This document shows positions 18,064 to 31,891 of a stretch of 64,000 nt of DNA, in pieces. The first letter of the stretch is position 1; each line of letters opens with the position of its first letter. The stretch lies in NCBI RefSeq assembly GCF_009914755.1, contig NC_060930.1. The stretch is one strand, 5' to 3'. The notes beneath the pieces were generated by a model. The model was not told where the DNA came from, ran no database searches, and was given only the letters and a program-made list of their open reading frames with translations. The position numbers were made by a program, and so were the translations under genes. This DNA comes from the human T2T-CHM13v2.0 reference genome, Homo sapiens.

Positions 18064-18352
18064 GGCCAGATGTGGTGGCTCATGCCTGTAATCCTAGCAT
18101 TTTGGGAAGCCAGGGCGGGAGGATCTCTTTGAGCTCAGGAATTCAACGTCAGAGACTCCTGAGAGCTCAAGAGGTCCTGAGATGGCAAGACTACGTCTTT
18201 ACAAAAAATGAGAAAATTAGCTGGTTGTGGTGGCCTGCGCCTGTGGTTCTAGCTGCTAAAGAGGCTGAGGCAGGAGGATCACTTGAACCCAGGAGGCTGA
18301 GGCTGCAGTGAGACTGATCACACCACTGCACTTCAGCCTGAGCAACGGAGTG
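18064..18352 (+). mobile_element. AluJ with an internal inverted insertion
   Basis: Diverged Alu. Confidence 0.8.
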
Positions 18353-18589
18353 CATTTGCCTCCACCAGGAATATCAGTACAGTTTGATTACTGACTATAA
18401 GTCACACATTCAGATAATCCTAGTATTTTGACTTTTTTCTTTATTAATATCTCCTTTGTCTTCCATGGGATGTGCCTTTCCTTTTGACTCTGCTCTTTAT
18501 GAATAAAGGAGTTGGATTCCCAATTCACTCAGAGGTTTCAGTTAGCTTTGCTTTGCCCCATGGCTTCAGGTATATAACTTCGTAATAGT

Positions 18590-18941
18590 TATGGTGGTTT
18601 TAAAATATGTCTACAAATCCTTTGACAGTCTTCTTCACAAAATGAAGAGCCTAGTTCCCCTCCCTTTCAGTGGGGGCTGGACTTAGTACCTCACTGCTGA
18701 TGAACGGATTATGGTGGAAGTGAAGTGTGACTTGAGACCAGGTCATAAAAGAGGCACTGTGGCTTCTGTTTGCTGTCTTGGACCACTTGCTCTGGGGATG
18801 CCAACTGCCACATTGTGGGGACATTCAAGCACTATGGAGGGGGTCTACAGAGCGAGGAAGTAGATCCACTCTAAAAGTGGATTCTCCCAGTCTCAGTTGA
18901 GCCTTCAGGTAACTGATAACTGTAACTCTGGCTGACATCTT
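18590..18941 (+). mobile_element. MaLR LTR (MLT1F-like), partial
   Basis: tggtggttttaaaatatgtc.acaaat...tcccctcccttt.agtgggggctggacttagt...aggtcataaaag. Confidence 0.75.
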
Positions 18942-19042
18942 TACATATTTTTTTTTATTTTATGCATACACACAAACACGCATACTTTTTCTTTTTAGCC
19001 CTTGGAGAAGAAAAGGAGAGCAAGAACTCTTACTCAATTACA

Positions 19043-19523
<481 letters not shown>

Positions 19524-19569
19524 TCAATTACATTTTCTTTCAATACTTTTTAATTACATGACCAGAAAG

Positions 19570-20013
19570 CGTTACTTTTAAAATAAGGCATAATCATGTA
19601 ATTAGCTGTCTTTTTTTCAACATTATTCTAAAGCTTTTAAAATATTGTAATTTAAAAAATAATTATTGGCTGGGGCAGCATAATTTAGTAGAAGATAGTA
19701 TCTTGTCCTTACTTAACCCTACAGGCTTTTTATTTTTTATTTTTTTTAGTGAGAAGAGTGGCATTATTTTACATTTTTGTAAATCTAATGTCTGACTTAA
19801 TAGATGAAAGCTGGATTCCCAAAGCTGCTGTGCATTTAGTCTGTTAAAATATCACACGTGAGGTAGCCTCTGGAAAACTCCTGTCCATACTCATGAAAGA
19901 AACAGAGTGAAAAAGACAAATGATGTATTAGTATTATAAAAAGAGCTTTGACCTTGGCTATCATTGAAAGTCTGAGGACCGCCCCCTCTCCAACTACACT
20001 TTGAGAACCGCTG
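19570..20013. mobile_element. hAT-Charlie DNA transposon fragment
   Basis: gaagagtggcatt.tttacattttt...gtagcctctggaaaactc... ending acactttgagaaccgctg. Confidence 0.65.
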
Positions 20014-20679
20014 CTCTTGTCTCATCTCCTCATTTTATTTAGAAGGACACGGACCTCGGAAATCCAAAATGACGCAGCCTGTTAGTGGGAGGATACAGAT
20101 TAGATGGTTTGTCTCACTTCTCTTGCTTAGGTTTTCGGTCAGATACTTGGGAAATATACCCTGATGGCCTGTCCTGTTCTCTGTAGCTGCAAAGACTGTT
20201 ACAATATATTATCCCCGCAAAAACTTTAATAAAAAAGGAATCATCAGCAAACCTGATAAATTCTACAACAAGCATACTGTGTTTGAATTTGAGTTATGAC
20301 ATTTGAATTAGGATCTCTATTTGAACTGAAACACTAAGGCAAATTCTATGGCGCCCTACTCCATGCAAGTTGTTAACGACAAACTGCACAGTAAATATCA
20401 CAAACACGGAAATACCACAGTGTCTGCATCTGAAATATAATTCAGTGACAGATTCCAAAAAAAAATTAAAAAAATCTTATCTTCTATATCCTGTGGGACC
20501 AAAAATATTTTCTCATGTACTGGCTGAAAGGGTAGTGGGCATATTAAGAGACTGCAAATAGGCTGGCAATTGTAGGGAGCTTTTTAGATTAAATAGAGTT
20601 GTTCTGAGATGTAGATATTTTTCATTCTCTAACCAGACCTTATTTTTGCCTTTTTTAAAAAAAAATCAAAGAATCTTCA

Positions 20680-20973
20680 GGCCGGGCGCAGTGGCTCACG
20701 CCTGTAATCCCAGCACTTTGGGAGGCCAAGGCGGGCAGATCACAAGGTCAGGAGATCGAGACCATCCTGGCTAACACGGTGAAACCTTGTCTCTACTAAA
20801 AAATACAAAAATTAGCTGGGCATGGTGGTGGGCGCCTGTAGTCCCAGCTACTCAGGAGGCTGAGGCAGGAGAATGGCTTGAACCCGGGAGGCAGAGCTTG
20901 CAGTGAGCCGAGACCGGCCACTGCACTCCAGCCTGGGCGACAGAGTGAGACTCCGCCTCAAAAAAAAAAAAAA
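20680..20973 (+). mobile_element. AluY
   Basis: gagatcgagaccatcctggctaacacgg; TSD aaagaatcttca. Confidence 0.92.
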
Positions 20974-21018
20974 GAATCTTCATGGTCACCTAGCGATGAT
21001 TTCCTTTGTATCCTATTA

Positions 21019-21402
<384 letters not shown>

Positions 21403-21498
21403 CTAGCAGACGGCATTATTCCCAAGGAAGCTACTCCCAACTGTTGGTTTTTTTCAGGCTCTACATTCTTTGGTTTTGAATCATGTGGCATAATGGAA

Positions 21499-22215
<717 letters not shown>

Positions 22216-23254
22216 AGGAGCTGCTTCTTTTCTGGTTTCCCTTTGAGCAAATTCTTTCCAGTTCTCACCAAACCCCCAAAGGCCCCCAGGAAGGGAAACT
22301 GGCAGCTCCAAATGACCCTTTCCTCTCCCCAGGAGGACACAATGAGAATGCTGCAGCTGGTCCCCATGACTCCCACTCCTGTGCTAGCGGACGCAGTTCG
22401 AGCCGTAGCCCCAAAGGTATTTTTATAAACAGCTATTCTCCCCATAAGTCGGTGCCATAGAAACACAAGGTTATATTTTTGTTATGATAAAATGTGTGTC
22501 CAAAAACTATCAACAAATGTGCTGACACTGGCACTACTGTATCTTGGAAATAACTGTTAAACACATGCCTCTAACTCTCCAATAAAATATGAACTAAACC
22601 CAGTTTGTTCTTAGTCATAATGACAGATGACAATGTCACTGACCTGAATACCACTGGTCTCATACTAGCAAGAGGAATGATGATTTGTTCATTTTCTCTT
22701 GAACTATACGTTTAGTTGTCATCTTTTATTTAAATATTAAATAGCTGCTTTCCACTTCCCAAACCCATTCTCTAAAATTCAAATAAGTTTTGGGATTTTT
22801 TTGGGTCCCTTCTCTCCTTTCCCATGGAACTCTATACAGGGCACCCTTCTGTCCAGAACAGGCTAGATCTAATTCTTTGTAACTTCAGAAAGGGTATTGT
22901 GAACAGCTGAGATTTTTCTGAAAAGATGCTGTAATAATTGTTTTTAAATAAGATTTTTATAATAAGCTACTTTTAGCCACTATTTCACAGGTGGCAGGGT
23001 ACTGCTGCTTGCTGTAAAGATTTAAGCATCGTGAACAGGTATAACACACCATGTCCTACCTGCTCCAGATAGCCCCCCTCCACCACGATGGGATTGGTCT
23101 GTCTGGAACTTGTGACACTCACCACACCCTTCTGTCCTCTGAAGGTGCCTAGTTTTCAAAAGGCCTGTCTGTCCATGACATGTCACCAGGCTGAACACAG
23201 AGACTGACAAGCGAAGTGTGGCCTGCATCCTGGCTTTGCTACAGCTCCATCAGT

Positions 23255-23410
23255 AACTTCTCTGCCTCAGTTTTCTACTTGTCAAACACTTAATGACCAC
23301 AGTACCTATGGGTCTGTTGCTGTGAGGATTAAATGAGATAATGAATATCAAATGTTTAGAACAGTGCCTAATACACAGTTGACCCCTAATAAATGCTGAT
23401 ATTATTATTT
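23255..23410 (+). mobile_element. MIR
   Basis: aacttctctgcctcagtttt...tgtgaggattaaatgagataat...agaacagtgcct. Confidence 0.75.
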
Positions 23411-23439
23411 TTAACACTGCAGAGACATGCACACATAGA

Positions 23440-25109
23440 AATATGGTAAGTTAGATTTGAAACTAAAGGCAGGGTTATTAAAGACAAACGATTAGTGTTT
23501 TAAAATCTGAATTACACAGTTTGTATTCTAAAACACATACACACACACACACACAGAAATGTGTACCAATTAAACACAATAAAGTTCAAAGGGGATATAA
23601 ATTACAGTTTTTCTTTTTTTAACAGACAATAGTAAAATACTACAGTCAGCTCACTATACACACAAATCATGAACAGCAGCTTTTCATTAAGGTTTCCAAT
23701 ATCTTACTCATTTACCAACTCGAAGAATTTAAAAGAAAAAAGGTACAGCAGGCTCTACCCATTCTCTCTCTCTTGCTCTCACAACACATTTATAGCTGTA
23801 CATCCAGACCGATTATACAGGCATCTACAGAATAGGTACAGAAAGGAATTTTGTAAAAATTTCCATACACATAATCCTTCAATGTCTCCATTTGTAGGAG
23901 AATTTTACAAATGAAGACACGACAGCAGGGTCATCTGTATTCGATCATCTCCTGCAAACATGGTAAAGGGTGAACCATTGAACTTCATAGCTCAGTCCAT
24001 CTCCTCAGCATTTTCCAGAATCAAGCAAAATAACAACAGCAAAACCACGCCACAGTGAAACCTACCAATCCAAAACAAAACCACACACACAGAAACACAC
24101 AAAAATCAACACCTCCCACCCCACCCACCCCACCACTACTCCTGGCTGTCCTTATGTTTTCTTACAGTAATACTGCTCTCTTCATTCCACCTGCCCAGCT
24201 GGGCTGAGCCACGGTCCAGGCAACTGTGGAGTCAGGACCCCAGTCATTGTCAACAGTTATAATACAATGTCAAGTCAGCAGGTGGAGGGGCAGGTGGAAG
24301 ACCAAAGAATATAGCTGTGAGATTTCTCAGTGTGCTTATGAAACAAAGGACAGAGAATGGCAGCACGTGGCTTGGTAGCCAAGGGAATTATGGCACCAAA
24401 CTTGCAGTCAAACATACATGTTCACACAAAAGAGTGGACAGCAAAAATGTTGTCTTATGTAAGTTCTTTGGTTATAAAGAACAGCATTCTATAACCTTTT
24501 CTGCAAAGAGGGATTTGCAAGCTCATTCTTAGGCAATAAAATATTTTTCATCTGCTCATGTATAAGAGATCGCCCAAGTTGCTTTGTAACGAAGTCCAGT
24601 ACCTTATGATTTTCTACAAATCACCTTTATCTGCATTTTAGTGTGCAGCCTTGTCTGTCTCCAGACATACTATAGATACACATTTCATATACATAATATA
24701 TATTATTTATAAAAAACAGATTAGAGCATTGACTCCAGATTCTACAGTAAGAACTGATTAAAATTGTACAAGAATAAAGTCTGTTGGAATCTGTAGAGGT
24801 TTCTATACAGTGGAGGTGTGTAGTAAGTGCAAAAAAAAATACTGTCACTTAGTTAATCCAGGATTTTCAGTTCTCTTGCTTTCTGGAAAAAGCAGAGGCT
24901 GTTGATTCACCCAAGTGACAAAGTGCCGCTTCTCCCACTGGGGAGGGGAAAGGAGGTGGCCCAGGAAGTGCACGGTGTGGATTCTCCAGCTTCTGGTCTG
25001 AGGTCCAGCCAGGCGGCAGCATGTTTTAGAGATGGGGCTGGTGCTTGCCCAAGGTGACCAGGCGAACAAAGACGCCAAGCTGTGGCCTGAGGAGGGGTGC
25101 TTGCTGCTC
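23440..25109 (-). other. KIF13A: 3' UTR of the distal KIF13A last exon (end uncertain; an AATAAA also lies at 22725-22730)
   Basis: Alu-free, U/GU-rich sequence following the GGTTSR stop. Confidence 0.6.
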
Positions 25110-25130
25110 TCACCGTGAGGTTGTGCCTCC
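25110..25130 (-). CDS. KIF13A: KIF13A distal alternative last exon, coding part (GGTTSR*)
   Basis: CATTCCAG|GGA GGC ACA ACC TCA CGG TGA, in frame with donor CAG|GTAATA at 28410; with both cassettes skipped it gives the recalled 1749-aa isoform length. Confidence 0.85.
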   Translation of the reverse strand, partial: GGTTSR

Positions 25131-25504
25131 CTGGAATGCAGAGGCTGGTGAGTTCATGCTTCTCATCCCCACCTCCCCACCCCACCCACAGCACCTACTC
25201 TCAGCCCAGTCCACACCCATCACAAGAAAGGGGCTCTTCCTGAAGGGACCCACAGGATTGGTTTTATTATGGAATCCAGTGCTGGAATCCACATTGTAAA
25301 AGCCCTGAGGTGATGTTTCAAGGAAAAGTAATGACAGCAACAACCAAAGTAAAAATTAAGGAAAAAAAGTGACTTCTGGATGTGCAGTCTAAGTCATTTC
25401 AGGGGTTTGAACAAAGTCAAACTTATGGTTCTCAGAAAAAATTTTAAACTGTCAAAACAACTTATTAAAACCAATGTAGCAGATACATTAAATAAAAAAA
25501 CATT

Positions 25505-25934
<430 letters not shown>

Positions 25935-26334
25935 TAAAAACTCTTTAAAGGAGAAAAATCTCCATAATCCCATCATCTTGATATAACATGTTTGTAAATT
26001 TCACTTTAAACCATGATCTTTGGGAGGAACGCACTATTCTGGAAACTTTCCAATCCTTACCTTTTCCTGTTGGGTTCTAAATAATCTAGGCAATGAAAAA
26101 AGAAGGGGGTTGTTGCTCCTCTTCCCTCTTCTATGGGCAGTGCTTCCCACAGTATGGCCCTCAGATAACCTGTCTCCTATTACTCTATGGGGATGCGAGG
26201 GGATGGGGAGGAAGGAAGGGTTTGTGAATACCTTATTTCCCCTGCTGCACACTGTATAAAGCAAAATCTTAGGGCTGGATGGCAGTGACTCCTGGGAATT
26301 TGAATTTTTTAAAAATTTTAATTTTTAAAATTAT

Positions 26335-26764
<430 letters not shown>

Positions 26765-27456
26765 ATGAATATGAATTTTTAAGAGGCCTGCCACACCCTC
26801 CTTGCCCCTAGAGTTTGTAGCACCTTTAGGTTTGAGAAGCAAACCTAATCTTACAGTAAAGAATTAAAGAGTCTTTGACACTGGCCTTCTTGACGAACAA
26901 GGGTTGAAAAGCTGATGTATACCAGCTGTGTAGCTTCTGCTTTAATCCAGGTAAAGAAAGTTGAAGACCTAAACAAATGCATGTATTGCTTGCAAGAATG
27001 GTGGTGAGTGACTCTATCATTATTCTTATGTCGGGGAAGGAAGTCTTTTTCTTGTCAGAGATGACTGTTTAGGTTTTGGCAGTTCAGTAATGAGTATGCT
27101 GTATAAATGACCATACATTGAAATTTTAAGGGCTGTTATGAAAAGCAGGGGCAAAAGCCACATCAATGGAGTAACTTGCTCGCAAAACAAAGGGATAGAG
27201 TAGCAGCATGATTATTTTACTTTTACCAAGCCTCTTTCTAGCTCTGTCAGTTCTTTATTTTGCTAAGCCATGACTCTCCCATGCCTTTTACAGCAAGTTG
27301 GGGGACCAAACAAATGAATGTGAATGGGAATAAATGGTGGTACTTCAGAGCAGAATGCTCAGAAGCAGAACATCTCTTATTTATGTAATTTGTGATTTTC
27401 CTTAGTAATAGTGGCAAAAACTCATTTTGTTCCCGTATGAAAATTAACCAATATTA

Positions 27457-27772
<316 letters not shown>

Positions 27773-27870
27773 TTATAAACTGAGTTACTTCCAAAGTCCA
27801 AACTTCAACTGCTGCTGGAATTTGCCTATACCGCCCCAAAGCACTTTTTCACCTACGGGCACCAAACGAC

Positions 27871-28049
27871 TGTCTATTTCCAATTCTATGATATATATGT
27901 TTTTCTCTCCACACTTTACCATCTCTGAAATTGGGGTGTCTTACAACTGTTGATATGACAGAGTTTAATTGGCAGTATTTTTTCTTAATGATACATAAAA
28001 TAATGGTTCATATAATAATCAAAGGAATCACAGATTTGATGAAATATGG
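27871..28049. mobile_element. Short DNA-transposon MITE, MER96-like
   Basis: Degenerate terminal inverted repeats (tgtctatttccaattctatgat / cacagatttgatgaaatatgg) and internal 'atctctgaaattggggtgtcttacaa', 'tttaattggcag' as in the recalled consensus. Confidence 0.6.
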
Positions 28050-28364
28050 TAGATGCTACCAGAACACTTTGGGAAAACTGGTAACTAAACATCCCAGGGA
28101 ATGAATATGAGATTGATCCTTATCCATCTGAACACTTCATTCAACACCAACCCATGTGCCAGGTAAAAAAATCCACTGGTCTTATAATTTCACAATTGCG
28201 TTCTAGTTCCCAAAACAGACTTGCTCTCCGACAGAGACAGCTGTGCAGGAAGTGAGCCTGCTTCTCTGTGGGCTCATCTTTGCTGTCACAAACAACTGGA
28301 TGAATCTTTCCTACCAAGTTGTTGCGGTGAAGGGCCTCTGGGGTTGACATACAGTTAGACATAC
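27945..28364 (-). other. KIF13A: Proximal 3' UTR of KIF13A (VLCCQ isoforms)
   Basis: Follows the TGA at 28365 and runs to ATTAAA at 27969-27964. Confidence 0.65.
27964..27969 (-). terminator. Candidate poly(A) signal ATTAAA for the proximal KIF13A 3' end
   Basis: tttaat on + strand, ~400 nt after the stop codon. Confidence 0.55.
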
Positions 28365-29201
28365 TCATTGACAGCACAGAACCCAAAAGGCTGCCTCTGG
28401 AATTATTACCTGGTCATTCTCTAACTTGGAATGCAGCTGGCTGGGGTGGTGGAGCCCATCGGAGACAGTCTTGCCGCCTGTTTTATTTGGTAGACTCCTC
28501 CTACTGGAAAGCTCTCCAGCAGAAGAATCTGTCAAACCATCAAAATCTTTTCCTTCTGACACTCCCATAAATTCTGTGAAAGAATGGTCTTCAAGGATGT
28601 TGGTGGTGTGTTCTACCGTCACCTCCCTGGGGCAGAATCCCCTGGCTGGCTGGCTAATTTTGCTGGGGCAGGCATCTAGTTCTGAACATGAGCCAGTCCT
28701 GCACAGTGATTTGGAGTTTTTCTCAGGGATGCTCTGGGATGATGGGCTCCCTTTGGCTAAGGCACTGTTTTCCTTGAGTGGCACCACAATTATCTTGTCC
28801 TTTACCAAGCCTTTTTCGACTTCTGTCAACTCTTTGTTTGAGGACGGCCTGAAATCATGCACAAGCGATGGTGTGGAGTGCTCGGTGGAGTCTGCATCCT
28901 TCGTCTGAATGGCCAGCTGGTCTGAGCTGTCACTAGAAGGGACCACCATGTCAGACAGGGTGGCATTGGAGGCACTGTGGGAAAAGTAGCCACTGGTAAT
29001 ACTGCTGGTGGTAGGGCTACGGGACACTTCTTTCTCCAAGACCCGTGAGTTTGACAGATCTACTTTAGAGGAAAACCATTCCCTGTTCTCCAAGCTGGCA
29101 TTGTAAACACTGAAGTCAGCAAACTCCACAGGTACATAAGGCTGTGAACTTATTAGCTTCCTGTTAATAGCTTCCAGCTCATTTTCTTCCTCCTCAGAGT
29201 C
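28365..29201 (-). CDS. KIF13A: KIF13A exon ~39, last coding exon (DSEEEENELE...AFWVLCCQ*); internal donor at 28410/28409
   Basis: CTTCTATAG| acceptor, 279 codons to TGA; contains ORF 28365..29129; Ser-rich tail. Confidence 0.96.
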   Translation of the reverse strand, partial: DSEEEENELEAINRKLISSQPYVPVEFADFSVYNASLENREWFSSKVDLSNSRVLEKEVSRSPTTSSITSGYFSHSASNATLSDMVVPSSDSSDQLAIQTKDADSTEHSTPSLVHDFRPSSNKELTEVEKGLVKDKIIVVPLKENSALAKGSPSSQSIPEKNSKSLCRTGSCSELDACPSKISQPARGFCPREVTVEHTTNILEDHSFTEFMGVSEGKDFDGLTDSSAGELSSRRSLPNKTGGKTVSDGLHHPSQLHSKLENDQVIIPEAAFWVLCCQ

Positions 29202-30474
29202 CTATAGAAGTGAAGCAAAAGTCAGTCATTAGCTCCTTGTAGCAACTGTACTGTTGAGACAAGTTTTAAATACTTGGCTGTTAAAGGCATTCACATTCAC
29301 ATGGTGTTCAGTGTTTTCTTTTTGTCTTTCCAAATTTGGCCAGATCTTGTCACCTATTGTAGATATAGGTGTATCAGTATTCTCAGAGACCTGTGAATAT
29401 AAACCCCTTATCATCTAATATGAAGGGGATTTAGTTCTTTTAGGCTCACTCAGTGCTAATTAGAAATCATTCCTTCCCTGGTTTAAGAGAAAGAATGGAA
29501 CTGAAGTGCAGTGGACATTTTGTTAGTTATTCAAAATTAGCTTTTAGTTGTGATGTTTTCTCTTTTCTCATTAAATGAGCAGAGAAACAGGCAGAAGCAG
29601 AGAAGAGCCACTCCTTTTGTCTTTAGAATCTTCACCTTGGGAAGCAAAGTGCAGGCAGTTAAGGTAATTTTTAAAAAGTTTCTCAGCTATTTTATGGGGG
29701 AAAAGAGAGTAAAACAAAGAACCCAACTGCAAAAGGGCAAAAAACACAATTTCAACACTCATTCTTATATTATGCTACATATCGTAAGGCTATAAAATAC
29801 TAACAATCTGACAATTACGGTCTTCTAGGATTTTTGAGAAGTATGAGTAGAGGGTTTGGCTAGAAGGTGAAGAAGGCATAGTGAAATTTAAATGAAAATC
29901 TCCTTTGTAAAACAGTTTTCAAGCCCCTGTTCACAAAAATTGGTAAATACATGCAAAAGTGGGTGTCACCAACTCCCCAGTCTCTCTCCAAATGAATGAT
30001 TCTTTTATATTTGGTAGAAAAAATGTGGGTATTTTAAGTCCAAATAAAATAAGTGATAAACTCTCTAGCCATTTCTAATTAATCTCAGAAGCACCTAATG
30101 AAATCGCAAATATTCCTTTTAAAATATGTCTTTCATTCAACAAATACACACTGAACATCCACTACATGGCAGCCATTGTCCTAAGGACTTGGAAATAGCA
30201 ATGGTGAGCACAAGAAGGCATGGTCCCTCCCTCAGAGAATTACAACTTTGCGTCCTTGCTCTTAGAACAATCCTGGATGCTGCATGGATGGATAAGAATT
30301 TCATTCACAGGTAAACTTAGACACCTCAAAAACAGTTAGCTTTCTTTCATTGGTCATCTGGTTTAAAGCATCTGTACAATTAGAACTACTAGGTGCATGT
30401 AAAGACCTGGAACCAAAGCATCAGCCTTACTCATTAAGTTTGCATTTTATTAATTTACTTATTTTATTTTTAAG

Positions 30475-30970
<496 letters not shown>

Positions 30971-31472
30971 CATAACATAAATTTGCTTTTTAATCGAGGT
31001 GGGGAGGGGGGATTTATCTTCAAGGCATGGCAAATACTTGTTCACAAATGAACATAAATTTCATCTGTTTAGATTAATAGTAATATTTTCTTTTGCATCT
31101 CAAGATTCTATATACCTCAAAAAAAGTTTAATACTCTCTTAAATGCTTCTCAGCTTTTAAAATAATTTAGTTTTTATAACTTAGTTGTAAAAATGTGACT
31201 GAAAATAAATGTGTAAAGGAATTGGTGATCCTAATTCTTTAGCTGTTAATCAAAGGTGAATATCAAATATCAGTGATAAAGTTCCTGAAATTGGCAAAAC
31301 AAAATTTTTGGCAACACTAATCTCTTCTCATCTTTATCTGCATTCTAAATTAAGTAGCATTATCAAAAAAGTGGGGTGGAGCATTCTTTCCCAGGGTTGG
31401 GCAGAATGTTGGAGAAGGAACAAAGATTGAACAGAATTGTCTGAACCAGTAGCCTTTGCCTATATTTTCTAG

Positions 31473-31891
<419 letters not shown>

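Noticed and set aside
20345-20365. CTCF-like motif (GGAGTAGGGCGCCA, minus strand)
   Set aside because: Spacing and 5' core do not fit the consensus well enough to call by eye
28365-28382. C-terminal VLCCQ as a prenylation signal
   Set aside because: The residue at -4 is Leu, so it is not a CaaX box; Rab-type CC motifs need a Rab/REP context
28426-28908. 160-aa plus-strand ORF
   Set aside because: Antisense shadow lying wholly within KIF13A exon 39; no independent promoter or splice evidence
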